The notes under the pieces were generated by a model. The model saw nothing but the letters and a program-made list of their open reading frames with translations, had not been told where the DNA came from and searched no databases. Made by a program: the position numbers and the translations under genes. Positions 38,408-47,495 of a stretch of 64,000 bases of DNA are shown here, piece by piece (positions within the stretch are counted from its first letter, which is position 1; each line of letters starts with the position of its first letter). The DNA is taken from the NCBI GenBank assembly GCA_035583355.1, contig DATEZQ010000001.1, forward strand, positions 75,055-139,054, given 5' to 3'. This stretch comes from Minisyncoccota bacterium (GTDB taxonomy: Bacteria; Patescibacteriota; Minisyncoccia; Phycocordibacterales; UBA6899).

Positions 38408-39880
38408 ATGGAAAATAATCAGAATCAGGGAGCGCCTCGTCGCGACCATTCTACGGCGCGTAATGCGCGCTATGGTGCAGTACGATTCAATCCTCGCAAT
38501 GAGCGCGGACCTCGCCCAGCACCCACTGCTCCTGCAGCAGCTCCAGTAGCACATGCTGCGCCAGTTGCTCGTCCCGCAGTAAATCCTAATGCTCCACGCC
38601 GTCGTCCGATGGTACTTGGTGGTATTGGTGGTGGTGGTCGCTATGAGCCAAGTGAACGCGAAATGCGCCGCGCTCGTAAGGGACCAGAGGCGCTTGCCGC
38701 AGACGATGTCTATAAGGAGGTCGTTGAGGGCAAGAAGCCTGCACGCCCAAATACAAAGAAGTCCGGTCAGCCCGTCATCGACGCAGACCGTTTCATCAAT
38801 CGCGCAGTCACTGTAGAGCAAGACGCTCCGTATATGTCGAAGCATCAGTTCGTGGATTTCAAGATCCATGATCAAATCAAGGCAAATATCACCGCGAAGG
38901 GCTATGTTATCCCAACTGCAATTCAAGACCAAACAATTCCTCAAGCACTTGAGGGTCGTGACGTCATTGGTATAGCAAATACAGGAGAAGGAAAGACCGC
39001 TGCATTCATTATCCCGATGCTTGATAAGCTCATCCGTCATCCACAGGGTTCACTCCTCGTGGTGACACCAACGCGTGAGCTTGCAGTGCAGATTGAGGAA
39101 GAGTACATGGATTTCAGTAAGGGCATGCACATGCCGTCTGCACTCCTTGTGGGTGGTCAGGCAATGGGTCATCAGACTGAGCGTTTGCGTAAGGGCGCAC
39201 GTGTGATTATCGGTACGCCAGGTCGTATCAAGGATCATATTGAGCGTGGTAATCTCGTTATGTCTCGTGTGCACAACTTCGTCCTCGATGAGGCTGATCG
39301 TATGCTCGACATGGGTTTCATCAATGACATCCGATTCCTCATCGCCAAGATGCCTGAGGTGCGTCAGACGCTTTTCTTCTCTGCAACATTCGCAAAGGAG
39401 ATTGAGGCGCTTTCGTCTTCATTCTTGCGTGATCCTATCCGCGTTTCCGTAAAGAAGCGTGAGACCGGCAAGAACATCAACCAAGATGTTATCTATGTCG
39501 CCGATCGCCAGGAGAAGTTCCAGAAGCTTACCGAGATCCTTGCACGCCCCGAGGCGGAGAAGGTACTCGTCTTCGGACGCACCAAGCACGGTGTCGATAA
39601 GCTCGGACGCATTCTCTTCCGTTCAGGTTTCGCGGCGGTCGCCATTCATGGTGACAAGTCGCAGCGTGAGCGATTGCGCGCGCTCCGTGACTTCAAGGAG
39701 AACAAGGCGAAGATCCTTGTCGCTACTGATGTCGCAGCACGTGGGCTTGATATCCCTGATGTCTCACATGTGGTGAATTACGATGCCCCAGAAAACTTCG
39801 ATGACTATGTACACCGTATCGGTCGTACGGGTCGCGCAGGCAAGAAGGGTACCGCATTCACTTTTGTGGAAAAGGCATAA
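38408..39880 (+). CDS. DEAD-box ATP-dependent RNA helicase with N-terminal low-complexity extension
   Basis: Q-motif (GYVIPTAIQ), Walker A ANTGEGKT, DEAD (VLDEADRM), SAT, HRIGRTGRAG; N-terminal ~100 aa rich in P/A/R/G. Confidence 0.9.
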   Translation: MENNQNQGAPRRDHSTARNARYGAVRFNPRNERGPRPAPTAPAAAPVAHAAPVARPAVNPNAPRRRPMVLGGIGGGGRYEPSEREMRRARKGPEALAADDVYKEVVEGKKPARPNTKKSGQPVIDADRFINRAVTVEQDAPYMSKHQFVDFKIHDQIKANITAKGYVIPTAIQDQTIPQALEGRDVIGIANTGEGKTAAFIIPMLDKLIRHPQGSLLVVTPTRELAVQIEEEYMDFSKGMHMPSALLVGGQAMGHQTERLRKGARVIIGTPGRIKDHIERGNLVMSRVHNFVLDEADRMLDMGFINDIRFLIAKMPEVRQTLFFSATFAKEIEALSSSFLRDPIRVSVKKRETGKNINQDVIYVADRQEKFQKLTEILARPEAEKVLVFGRTKHGVDKLGRILFRSGFAAVAIHGDKSQRERLRALRDFKENKAKILVATDVAARGLDIPDVSHVVNYDAPENFDDYVHRIGRTGRAGKKGTAFTFVEKA

Positions 39881-39924
39881 ACTAAAGTATTTCTCGTTCG
39901 TTCCAGCAATTCAACTATACATAT

Positions 39925-40650
39925 ATGTCAATTCGTTTAGATAAACTCGTTGTCGATAGAGGTTTTGCTCCCTCGCGAACGCGTGCACAGGCCATGATTG
40001 AAGCAGGGAAGATCTCCGTAAATGGGCAGGTCATTCTCAATACTTCGCGTGGTTTCGCGTACGATGCCGAAATTGTTGCACTCGAACCCGATATCCCTTG
40101 GGTTTCCCGTGCAGCATTAAAGCTCGTGCGTGCACTTGATGCATTCGCAGTCGATCCCAAGGATCGTATTGCGCTCGATATCGGCGCGTCGACAGGCGGC
40201 TTCACGGAAGTGTTGCTCAGTCGCGGCGCAAAGCATGTATATGCTGTCGATGTCGGTACGTCACAGATGCACGACAAACTCCTCTATGATGATCGCATTA
40301 CGGTCAGAGAAGGTGTACATATTCGAGATGTTAAGTCAGAAGACTTCGCCGAAGCACCATCACTCATTGTCATTGATGTCTCATTCATCTCACTCAGTAT
40401 TGTGCTTCCAATAGCTGCTCAATTGCTTGCCCCGAAGGGCGACATTGTTGCGCTCATTAAGCCTCAGTTCGAAGTAGGAAAGGAAAATATCGGAAAGGGT
40501 GTCGTCCGCGACCCAGAGTTACACAAAGCCGTACGTGAGCGCATCGCGCTCCTCGGCAAAGAACTCGGATTCAAAGTACATGGCCCTGTCGATTCACCTA
40601 TCGAAGGCGGAGACGGAAACATTGAGTTTCTTATCCATCTCGCAAGGTAA
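39925..40650 (+). CDS. tlyA: TlyA family rRNA (cytidine-2'-O)-methyltransferase
   Basis: S4-like N-terminus (RLDKLVVDRGFAPSRTRAQAMIEAGKISVNG) and FtsJ-like MTase (ALDIGASTGGFTEVLL). Confidence 0.85.
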   Translation: MSIRLDKLVVDRGFAPSRTRAQAMIEAGKISVNGQVILNTSRGFAYDAEIVALEPDIPWVSRAALKLVRALDAFAVDPKDRIALDIGASTGGFTEVLLSRGAKHVYAVDVGTSQMHDKLLYDDRITVREGVHIRDVKSEDFAEAPSLIVIDVSFISLSIVLPIAAQLLAPKGDIVALIKPQFEVGKENIGKGVVRDPELHKAVRERIALLGKELGFKVHGPVDSPIEGGDGNIEFLIHLAR

Positions 40651-40678
40651 TAAAAACACCGAACATCGTTCGGTGTTT

Positions 40679-41650
40679 TTATTCTGTTGGATGAGCGCTT
40701 GGTGGTCCAACGATTGCCTCTTCCTTTGCAAGGCAAGCATTATAGATAGATACTTCATCGTTGTATGCAGTAATGATGCCTTTGAGATTCACGAGAAGGT
40801 CATTATGCTGTCCTGCGGTCGTATTGTATTGTTCAATTGCGGCATTTGTTTCTGCACGAGAGGCCGTCCCCGCATCAATTGTTGCTTTAAGGGCATTAAG
40901 TTGTGCGGTCAGTTCATCAAGTTTTGCTTCAGAATTTTTGATGAGAGTTTCTTTTTTTGGATCAGGTAGAGCACAGTCTGGAGGTGGCCTACCGAATTCT
41001 TGTACCGCATACCAAACTTGTCTTCCCTCATAGGCTCCCATGATTGCAGCGACACCAATCTCTGTGTACGCTTTTTTGAGAATATTTGCACGATGTCCGG
41101 GAGAGTTCATCCATCCATCCATCACATCACTACTACTCTTGAAGTCACCAAGCGCGAGATTCTCTCCGACTAACGAATATGCATAACCATGAATGGCTGC
41201 AAGGTCGCTGACGTTTACGCCATCTGGGGATTTGTGTGCAAAGTATTGCTTTGCAATCATGTCCTTAGCCTTAGCAAGCGCCTCTTCTGCAAGTTTTGGA
41301 TTCCATGTGAGCGCTTGTGCACCATCTTTTGCACGCTCTTGGTTTGTGATCACGATAATTTCTAGGGCATCTAGCTTTGATGGCGTAAGGGCACTTGGTT
41401 TCGGTGCAATCTTGACGATGGGTTGAGAAATCGCAGCCTTAGGAGCTTGGTTAGTTGTAATAGGGGTCTTTGGGGTTAGGGGGGCCGCGAGGGAACCATT
41501 GGTCGGGTCAGAAGTTTTGTTTGAATCTATTGTGCTGGTTGCAACGAAGGACGTCGTTGGTACTTGGACAACGATTCCAGGAGAAAATACCCCCACAACT
41601 GAGGTGAAAATAAAGAGTATGATTTTCGTAACCCAAGAGGAGAAATTCAT
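40679..41650 (-). CDS. secreted CAP/SCP (YkwD-like) domain protein with N-terminal coiled coil
   Basis: Signal/TM N-terminus; CAP domain motifs (NQERAKDGAQAL...HRANIL...); its in-frame 5' extension overlaps the upstream LOG ORF frame, so the start was trimmed. Confidence 0.75.
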   Translation of the reverse strand: MNFSSWVTKIILFIFTSVVGVFSPGIVVQVPTTSFVATSTIDSNKTSDPTNGSLAAPLTPKTPITTNQAPKAAISQPIVKIAPKPSALTPSKLDALEIIVITNQERAKDGAQALTWNPKLAEEALAKAKDMIAKQYFAHKSPDGVNVSDLAAIHGYAYSLVGENLALGDFKSSSDVMDGWMNSPGHRANILKKAYTEIGVAAIMGAYEGRQVWYAVQEFGRPPPDCALPDPKKETLIKNSEAKLDELTAQLNALKATIDAGTASRAETNAAIEQYNTTAGQHNDLLVNLKGIITAYNDEVSIYNACLAKEEAIVGPPSAHPTE

Positions 41651-41684
41651 AGAATTAAGTATAACATGCTATAATGCTAGCCAT

Positions 41685-42440
41685 ATGGCAAAGAATACAA
41701 AAGCAGCAGTACCGGCAGTTGCAGTAACAAAAGAGGCAGCACCGCTTACCATCATTAATAAGCCTGAAGCGAAAGTAGCACGTGATCCTCATACTCATGA
41801 AGATATTCTTGTCGGCGCAAAGCATCATAATCGCACTTCACGTATCGCATCGGAGTTTGAGAGAGGATTGCAATTCATCCGTCGTTATGAGAAGTCAGTG
41901 ACGATTTATGGCTCAGCACGTTTCAAGCCAAACAATGTGCACTATAAGGATGCGCGCGCACTCGCCGCACGCTTTGCAAAGGAGGGTTATGCAGTCGTGA
42001 CGGGAGGAGGTCCGGGTATTATGGAGGCAGGTAATCGCGGCGCACGTGAGGCGGGTGGTGCTTCGATTGGACTCAACATTGAACTTCCATTCGAACAGAT
42101 CATCAATCCGTACGTCACTGATTCGATGTCGTTCTACTACTTCTTCTCACGAAAGACGACGATGTCATTTGCATCTGAGGCTTATATCTACTATCCGGGA
42201 GGATTTGGTACACTCGATGAGCTCTTCGAGATTCTGACACTCATTCAGACAGGTAAGATTCGTAAGATTCCGATCTTCCTTGTTGGTTCTGACTTTTGGG
42301 CACCACTTGAGGAATTTATCGAGAATGTCATTATGCGCGATCACGGTGCCATCGACAAGAAGGACTTGCAGCTTTATACCGTCACCGATGATCACGATCT
42401 TATCATCAAGTCGGTATTGTCTGCTCCAGTTTATCGATAG
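41685..42440 (+). CDS. LOG family protein (TIGR00730; cytokinin riboside 5'-monophosphate phosphoribohydrolase-like)
   Basis: IYGSARFKPNNVHYKDARALAARFAKEGYAVVTGGGPGIMEAGNRGA...YYPGGFGTLDELFE motifs; start at ATG 41685 with TATAAT immediately upstream. Confidence 0.85.
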   Translation: MAKNTKAAVPAVAVTKEAAPLTIINKPEAKVARDPHTHEDILVGAKHHNRTSRIASEFERGLQFIRRYEKSVTIYGSARFKPNNVHYKDARALAARFAKEGYAVVTGGGPGIMEAGNRGAREAGGASIGLNIELPFEQIINPYVTDSMSFYYFFSRKTTMSFASEAYIYYPGGFGTLDELFEILTLIQTGKIRKIPIFLVGSDFWAPLEEFIENVIMRDHGAIDKKDLQLYTVTDDHDLIIKSVLSAPVYR

Positions 42441-42469
42441 AAATTATAAAAACCGCATGACTGCGGTTT

Positions 42470-43666
42470 TTATAATGTATCGCGTAATCTTGCGGTGAAG
42501 AAGATGGTGAAGAGGATCGCAATACCAGAGAGCATCAAGAGCTGAGAAATATCTACAATACGCAAAGACAGTAGTGTCGCACCGATTGTGGGGACAATGA
42601 GCCAAGCAAGCGGGCGGGCGCGTCTATAGAATGCGATGAGCGAGGGATGCGCGTATTCAATGCGCTTAAAGAAGAAGGCGTCTGACATTGATTCCGTTGC
42701 AGTTGCACCGATGCGTGAAATGATGAGTACAAGTGCCCAGAGCCAGAAGGTCTGCTGGTGTTCCGCGAGCATTGGGATAGCAATCAGCGATACACCCATC
42801 AGCGAAATGCCAGTGATAATCATTTCCTTCTCTCCCATGAATTTGTCAGCGAGCCAGCCAAATGGAGTAGGAAGGATGACGAACATCGCGAGTGCAATTG
42901 TAATGATGTACCCAAATTTATCATAAGTGAAGCCAATATGTTCCACAAAATAGAGTGGAATATAAATGGTCATCATGACATAAAATGTTTGCAGTGCGAA
43001 TTGTGCAGAAAAAACAGGAATCAAGTCTGGTGCTGCAGTATGAAGCTCCTTACTTGGTAGCAGTGGAACATCTTCATAGCCCGGATCACTGAAGTCCCTG
43101 AATGATGCCCAGATAATGAATGGAATCGGGAGTGCTGCGAGTGCAGCTGCTATATAAACATAGCTCATTTGATATCCCTCCGCGATCACTCCACTGAGTG
43201 CGGGGGAGAGCATAAAGCCCAACGAACACATTGCAAAGAAGATTCCATGGAGAAAGCCCATTTTTGCCTCACTCACATATCGTGATACATAGATATCTAG
43301 TGCAGCAAAGAGAATTGTTGTATCAAGGGTTATGAGGAGATAGGTAAGCACTGTCAGCGGGAGTGGAATAGGCAGTGCAATGAGTAGTAGTCCAAGTGGG
43401 AGTGTTATTGAGGCGAAGAGCGATACCTTCGTGTTTCCATATTTGCGAAGTAATCTTGGTGCGACGAGGAAAAACGCGAGCGCAATCGCAGCAGTTGCAG
43501 CAAAGATATATCCAACGAAGCGGTCAGGCTCTGGGGTGATTGGCATGAGCGCGCGTGCAAGATAGGATGAATCAATGAACGTTGTGAAGCCCACTTGAAG
43601 AGAGACGAGGAGGCCAATAACGGAGAGTACAATCAGAGATTTTTTTCCTGTCGGTGTGTTTTCCAT
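42470..43666 (-). CDS. MFS transporter
   Basis: About 12 TM helices in two 6-TM halves; start trimmed to MENTPTGKK. Confidence 0.8.
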   Translation of the reverse strand: MENTPTGKKSLIVLSVIGLLVSLQVGFTTFIDSSYLARALMPITPEPDRFVGYIFAATAAIALAFFLVAPRLLRKYGNTKVSLFASITLPLGLLLIALPIPLPLTVLTYLLITLDTTILFAALDIYVSRYVSEAKMGFLHGIFFAMCSLGFMLSPALSGVIAEGYQMSYVYIAAALAALPIPFIIWASFRDFSDPGYEDVPLLPSKELHTAAPDLIPVFSAQFALQTFYVMMTIYIPLYFVEHIGFTYDKFGYIITIALAMFVILPTPFGWLADKFMGEKEMIITGISLMGVSLIAIPMLAEHQQTFWLWALVLIISRIGATATESMSDAFFFKRIEYAHPSLIAFYRRARPLAWLIVPTIGATLLSLRIVDISQLLMLSGIAILFTIFFTARLRDTL

Positions 43667-43745
43667 TGGTGAATTATAGCATGAACATGCCTTAGAATAT
43701 GGGGATATAGAGGCCATCTCATATGTTATACTAGAAGGGACATTT

Positions 43746-45131
43746 ATGTTTGATTATTATATCCAGTCCTATAATGATTTTGTTGCATCGCCGTATTACG
43801 AGCCGACGTTGGTGTTCTTGGGCTATGCGTATAACGTAGTTACTGCTTTTGCATTCATTTGGGCGCCACTTTGGATGTGGGACGTGCTGGAGCCCATGCT
43901 CCAAAAGCTTAAGCGTGCAGAATTTCTCAAGAAGCTGGAATTTACGACATTGGAAATTCGCGTACCTCGAAACATAGATAAATCTCCGCTTGCTATGGAA
44001 CTCGTTTTGCAGGCTTTGCATCAGCCATTCAAGCCAACTAACAGACTGGAGAAAATCACAAAAGGGAAGGTGAATTCTTGGTTTTCCTTAGAGATGGTCT
44101 CTACAGAAGGTGCGGTACATTTCTATGTCTACACTCCAAAGGAGTATGTGAAACTGATAACGACACATCTCTATTCTCAGTATCCTGATGTTGAGGTGCA
44201 TGAAACTCCCGATTACGTAACGAAAGTTCCATTTGGTCGCGATAAGGAAGAATGGGATCTGCACGGTACCGAATTCATTCTTTCAAAGGCAGATCCATAC
44301 CCTATAAAGACTTACGTTGACTATGGTCTTGATAAGCTTGATCTCAAAGAGGAGTTCAAGATTGATCCAATGACCGTTGTTCTTGAGTATCTTGGTTCTA
44401 TTGGACGTGGTCAGCATGCGTGGATTCAGATTATGATTCAAGCGCACGAGGAGCGTTATGAAGTAAAAGGTCAGTCTCGCGATTGGGATAAGCTCATCAT
44501 TTATCAGGATTATGAGGGCTTCAAAAAAAGTAAGCCTAAAGGAAGAGACTGGGGTAAATTCTTTGAAGGAAAGTGGTGGGAAGTTGGCAGTGAGGATTGG
44601 ATGAAATTCGTTACGAATAATTGGTGGACTCCTGCAACTCAGGATTGGAAAAAAGAAGCAGACAGCCTTATTAAGGCGCTCAAGGAAAAAGCGGGAGATA
44701 AGATGTCTGCCGTGCAGCGAAAGGAGATAGAGGCTATGGAGCGCTCTGTTACAAAGAATGGATTTGATGTTGGTATACGTGCGCTTTATATTGCGCGCAA
44801 GGATAAATATGATCCATCAAATATTGCAGGTCTCATGGGCGTGCTTAAGCAATTTTCATCCGTAGAACTAAACGGTTTCAAGGATAATAATGTTACGAAG
44901 ATCGACAAAAAGCAGAAAATCTATAACGATGCAGATCTTGTAAAAGCAAAAAAGAAAATGTTTGATAAGTATTTGCGCAGAGGATTCTTCTATGAAAAGG
45001 GAAAGCCTTTTGTTCTCAATACAGAAGAGCTTGCGACAATATTTCACTTCCCAGGAAGAGTGTCAGCAACACCAACATTCAGTCGCATCGAATCACGCAA
45101 GGCCGAGCCGCCAAGCAACCTTCCAATCTAG
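43746..45131 (+). CDS. hypothetical protein with Trp-rich segment, N-terminal TM
   Basis: 461 aa; WGKFFEGKWWEVGSEDWMKFVTNNWWTPATQDWKKE; no family recognised. Confidence 0.55.
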   Translation: MFDYYIQSYNDFVASPYYEPTLVFLGYAYNVVTAFAFIWAPLWMWDVLEPMLQKLKRAEFLKKLEFTTLEIRVPRNIDKSPLAMELVLQALHQPFKPTNRLEKITKGKVNSWFSLEMVSTEGAVHFYVYTPKEYVKLITTHLYSQYPDVEVHETPDYVTKVPFGRDKEEWDLHGTEFILSKADPYPIKTYVDYGLDKLDLKEEFKIDPMTVVLEYLGSIGRGQHAWIQIMIQAHEERYEVKGQSRDWDKLIIYQDYEGFKKSKPKGRDWGKFFEGKWWEVGSEDWMKFVTNNWWTPATQDWKKEADSLIKALKEKAGDKMSAVQRKEIEAMERSVTKNGFDVGIRALYIARKDKYDPSNIAGLMGVLKQFSSVELNGFKDNNVTKIDKKQKIYNDADLVKAKKKMFDKYLRRGFFYEKGKPFVLNTEELATIFHFPGRVSATPTFSRIESRKAEPPSNLPI

Positions 45132-45169
45132 CTTCAAAGCTAGATTGTATTGCTCATTCAAGACCAATT

Positions 45170-46198
45170 ATGGATAATATTGTTGACCTTTCCACAAATC
45201 TGCAGAATGGCGTGCCGTCAGTGCCGCCCCCAAAGCATGCTTCGCATACAGTGTTTTATGTTATTACCTCAATACTTCTTTTGTTAACATCGGCAGGACT
45301 CGGTGTGTTTTATGCATTTATGTTCACTCCACCGGTAGATTTCGTTCCTCGTACTATTGTGCGTATTCCCGATGGAGCAAGTGTCCAAGAAATTGCTACG
45401 GTGCTTACAAATGCACATATTATCAAGTCGCCAGAAGCTTTTGCTGTACTCGTGCGTATTAAGGGTGATGATACACGCATGCATCAAGGTGAGTATTATT
45501 TCGAATCGCCGACAGCACTTCCATATGTCATTGATCGTATTGCAGCTGCTGATTTTGGTATTGAAAATGTAAAAGTGCTCATCCCTGAAGGGTATACCAG
45601 GCAAGAGATGGCAAAGGTATTTGCGGCTGAATTCCCAGATTTTTCTGCTGACGCATTTATGAATGAGACCAAGGATATGGAGGGATATCTATTTCCTGAC
45701 ACTTACCGTTTCTTCCGTACCGCGACGAGCGGCCAGGTGGTAAGTGATATGAGAAAGACTTTTCAGCTCAAGACTGCGGACTTACAAAAGGAGGCACAGC
45801 TACAGGAAAAGAGATGGTCTGATATTGTAATTACTGCTTCTTTAGTAGAGCTAGAAGGGAAGACTGCTGAGGATCGTGCGAAGATCGCGGACATCATCTA
45901 TCGAAGAATTGCGGCGAATATGCCCCTGCAGCTCGATGCCCCATTTCTATACATCATGAATAAAGCCTCGCTCCAGCTCACTCAGGAAGATCTTTATACG
46001 CAGTCTCCCTATAATACGTACCGCAATAAAGGTCTTCCGCCGACCCCGATTGCTTCGCCAGGACTTATGAGTATCAGTGCTGCACTGCATCCCATTGCGA
46101 ATGAATATCTCTATTATCTTTCGGATAAGGCAGGCATAATTCACTACGCTAAGGATTTTAATGAGCACCGAAAAAATAAGCAGCTCTATTTGAAGTAG
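45170..46198 (+). CDS. mltG: endolytic murein transglycosylase MltG (YceG family)
   Basis: N-terminal TM and the YceG signature (LQLDAPFLYIMNK...YNTYRNKGLPPTPIASPG). Confidence 0.85.
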   Translation: MDNIVDLSTNLQNGVPSVPPPKHASHTVFYVITSILLLLTSAGLGVFYAFMFTPPVDFVPRTIVRIPDGASVQEIATVLTNAHIIKSPEAFAVLVRIKGDDTRMHQGEYYFESPTALPYVIDRIAAADFGIENVKVLIPEGYTRQEMAKVFAAEFPDFSADAFMNETKDMEGYLFPDTYRFFRTATSGQVVSDMRKTFQLKTADLQKEAQLQEKRWSDIVITASLVELEGKTAEDRAKIADIIYRRIAANMPLQLDAPFLYIMNKASLQLTQEDLYTQSPYNTYRNKGLPPTPIASPGLMSISAALHPIANEYLYYLSDKAGIIHYAKDFNEHRKNKQLYLK

Positions 46199-46280
46199 TG
46201 ATAATACACCCATATGCTTGGGTGTTTTTGTTTTTCTGTGCACATCGGGCTGATATTCTTATGCTATAATTGAAGCATAT

Positions 46281-47486
46281 ATGTCCTTCTTTAGAGGTCT
46301 TTTCTCTGGTAATAGTGTTGCGCGGCACATACTTGTCGTCGATGTAGGCTCTGGTTCTATCGGAGTAGCTTTGGTGCGTTTGGAAAAGAGTGCAACTCCA
46401 ATGATTTTGGGTACCGCACGTCAAGTCATACCATTTCAAGAGAAACTTAATGTACAGCGTTTTGTTACGCTCATGCAGGAGTCGCTCAATGCTGCGACCG
46501 ATGCAGTCATGGAGCATAATAAGGATATTATCCCTCATACGGTTATGTTTGGACTTGCTTCTCCTTGGAATACATCCCAGACAAGGCTCGTTCATCTCGA
46601 CCAGCCCGATGACTTTCTGGTTACCGAAAAAGGATTAAGACAGATCATTGAGAAAGAGGGAGGCATGTTCACTTCTGCGCCTTTTGACCCTAATGGACCA
46701 AAGGAGCTCATGAAGAACGTACTCATTGAGTCACGCGCAATGCAGATCAAACTTAATGGATACGAAGTTGATTCACCAATTGGACGACGGGCTCGAGAGC
46801 TTGATATCGCACTCTATTTGTCGGTGATGCCCGAGCGTATTAAGGATTCGTTCTCAGATACAATTGGTAGGCGTTGGCCGCATGCCGACCTACGTTTCCA
46901 CTCATTCATGTATGCTGCTTTCAACGCAGTTCGCGATACATTTGCAGAGAGCGCCTCGTTTGTGGTGGTTGATGTTGCTGGTGAGGTAACCGATGTTGCC
47001 CTTGTGCGAGATAACGTTCTCCTTGAGTCGCTCTCTTTCCCGCTTGGCTATCATGCAATTACTCGAATGACGATGCGAGAGCTCGGACTTCAAAGCGCTG
47101 CGGCGGACACTGAAGTTGCACTCTATCTTGAGGGTAAGTCGAGTGTAGAACGAGCGAAGCAAATGGAGCAGATCTTTGCAAAAGTTGTGCGCGAATGGAA
47201 GCTTTTATTTATCGGCGCACTTACACAACTTGGAGAGCAATATCCGATTCCTCATGTTATTTACCACTTTGTGGATGAAGAATACGTTACTTATTACGGG
47301 GACGCTATGCGTGAATCAGGGAGTAGGGTATTTGGTGAAGAACAGGGTGACTTTACCGTTCATTCTCTTGATGAAGAGTTCCTTCTTCGCTTTATGAAGC
47401 TTGCTGAGGGTCAGCGTGCAGATATCTTCTTGTGTGTTATTATTATGATATTAGACAAGCTTCTTGAGGCTGATTTGAAGCATTAA
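46281..47486 (+). CDS. actin-like ATPase fold protein (FtsA/PilM-like), putative
   Basis: ILVVDVGSGSIGVALV phosphate-1-like motif at the N-terminus and a second ...VVVDVAGEVTDVALV motif, typical of ASKHA-fold duplication. Confidence 0.55.
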   Translation: MSFFRGLFSGNSVARHILVVDVGSGSIGVALVRLEKSATPMILGTARQVIPFQEKLNVQRFVTLMQESLNAATDAVMEHNKDIIPHTVMFGLASPWNTSQTRLVHLDQPDDFLVTEKGLRQIIEKEGGMFTSAPFDPNGPKELMKNVLIESRAMQIKLNGYEVDSPIGRRARELDIALYLSVMPERIKDSFSDTIGRRWPHADLRFHSFMYAAFNAVRDTFAESASFVVVDVAGEVTDVALVRDNVLLESLSFPLGYHAITRMTMRELGLQSAAADTEVALYLEGKSSVERAKQMEQIFAKVVREWKLLFIGALTQLGEQYPIPHVIYHFVDEEYVTYYGDAMRESGSRVFGEEQGDFTVHSLDEEFLLRFMKLAEGQRADIFLCVIIMILDKLLEADLKH

Positions 47487-47495
47487 TTCTAAGCT

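Noticed and set aside
41499-41684. 5' extension of the LOG-family ORF (ORF-track start 41499)
   Set aside because: The extension overlaps the start of the CAP-domain gene on the opposite strand. The conserved LOG N-terminus begins at ATG 41685, which has a TATAAT box upstream, so the real start was set there.
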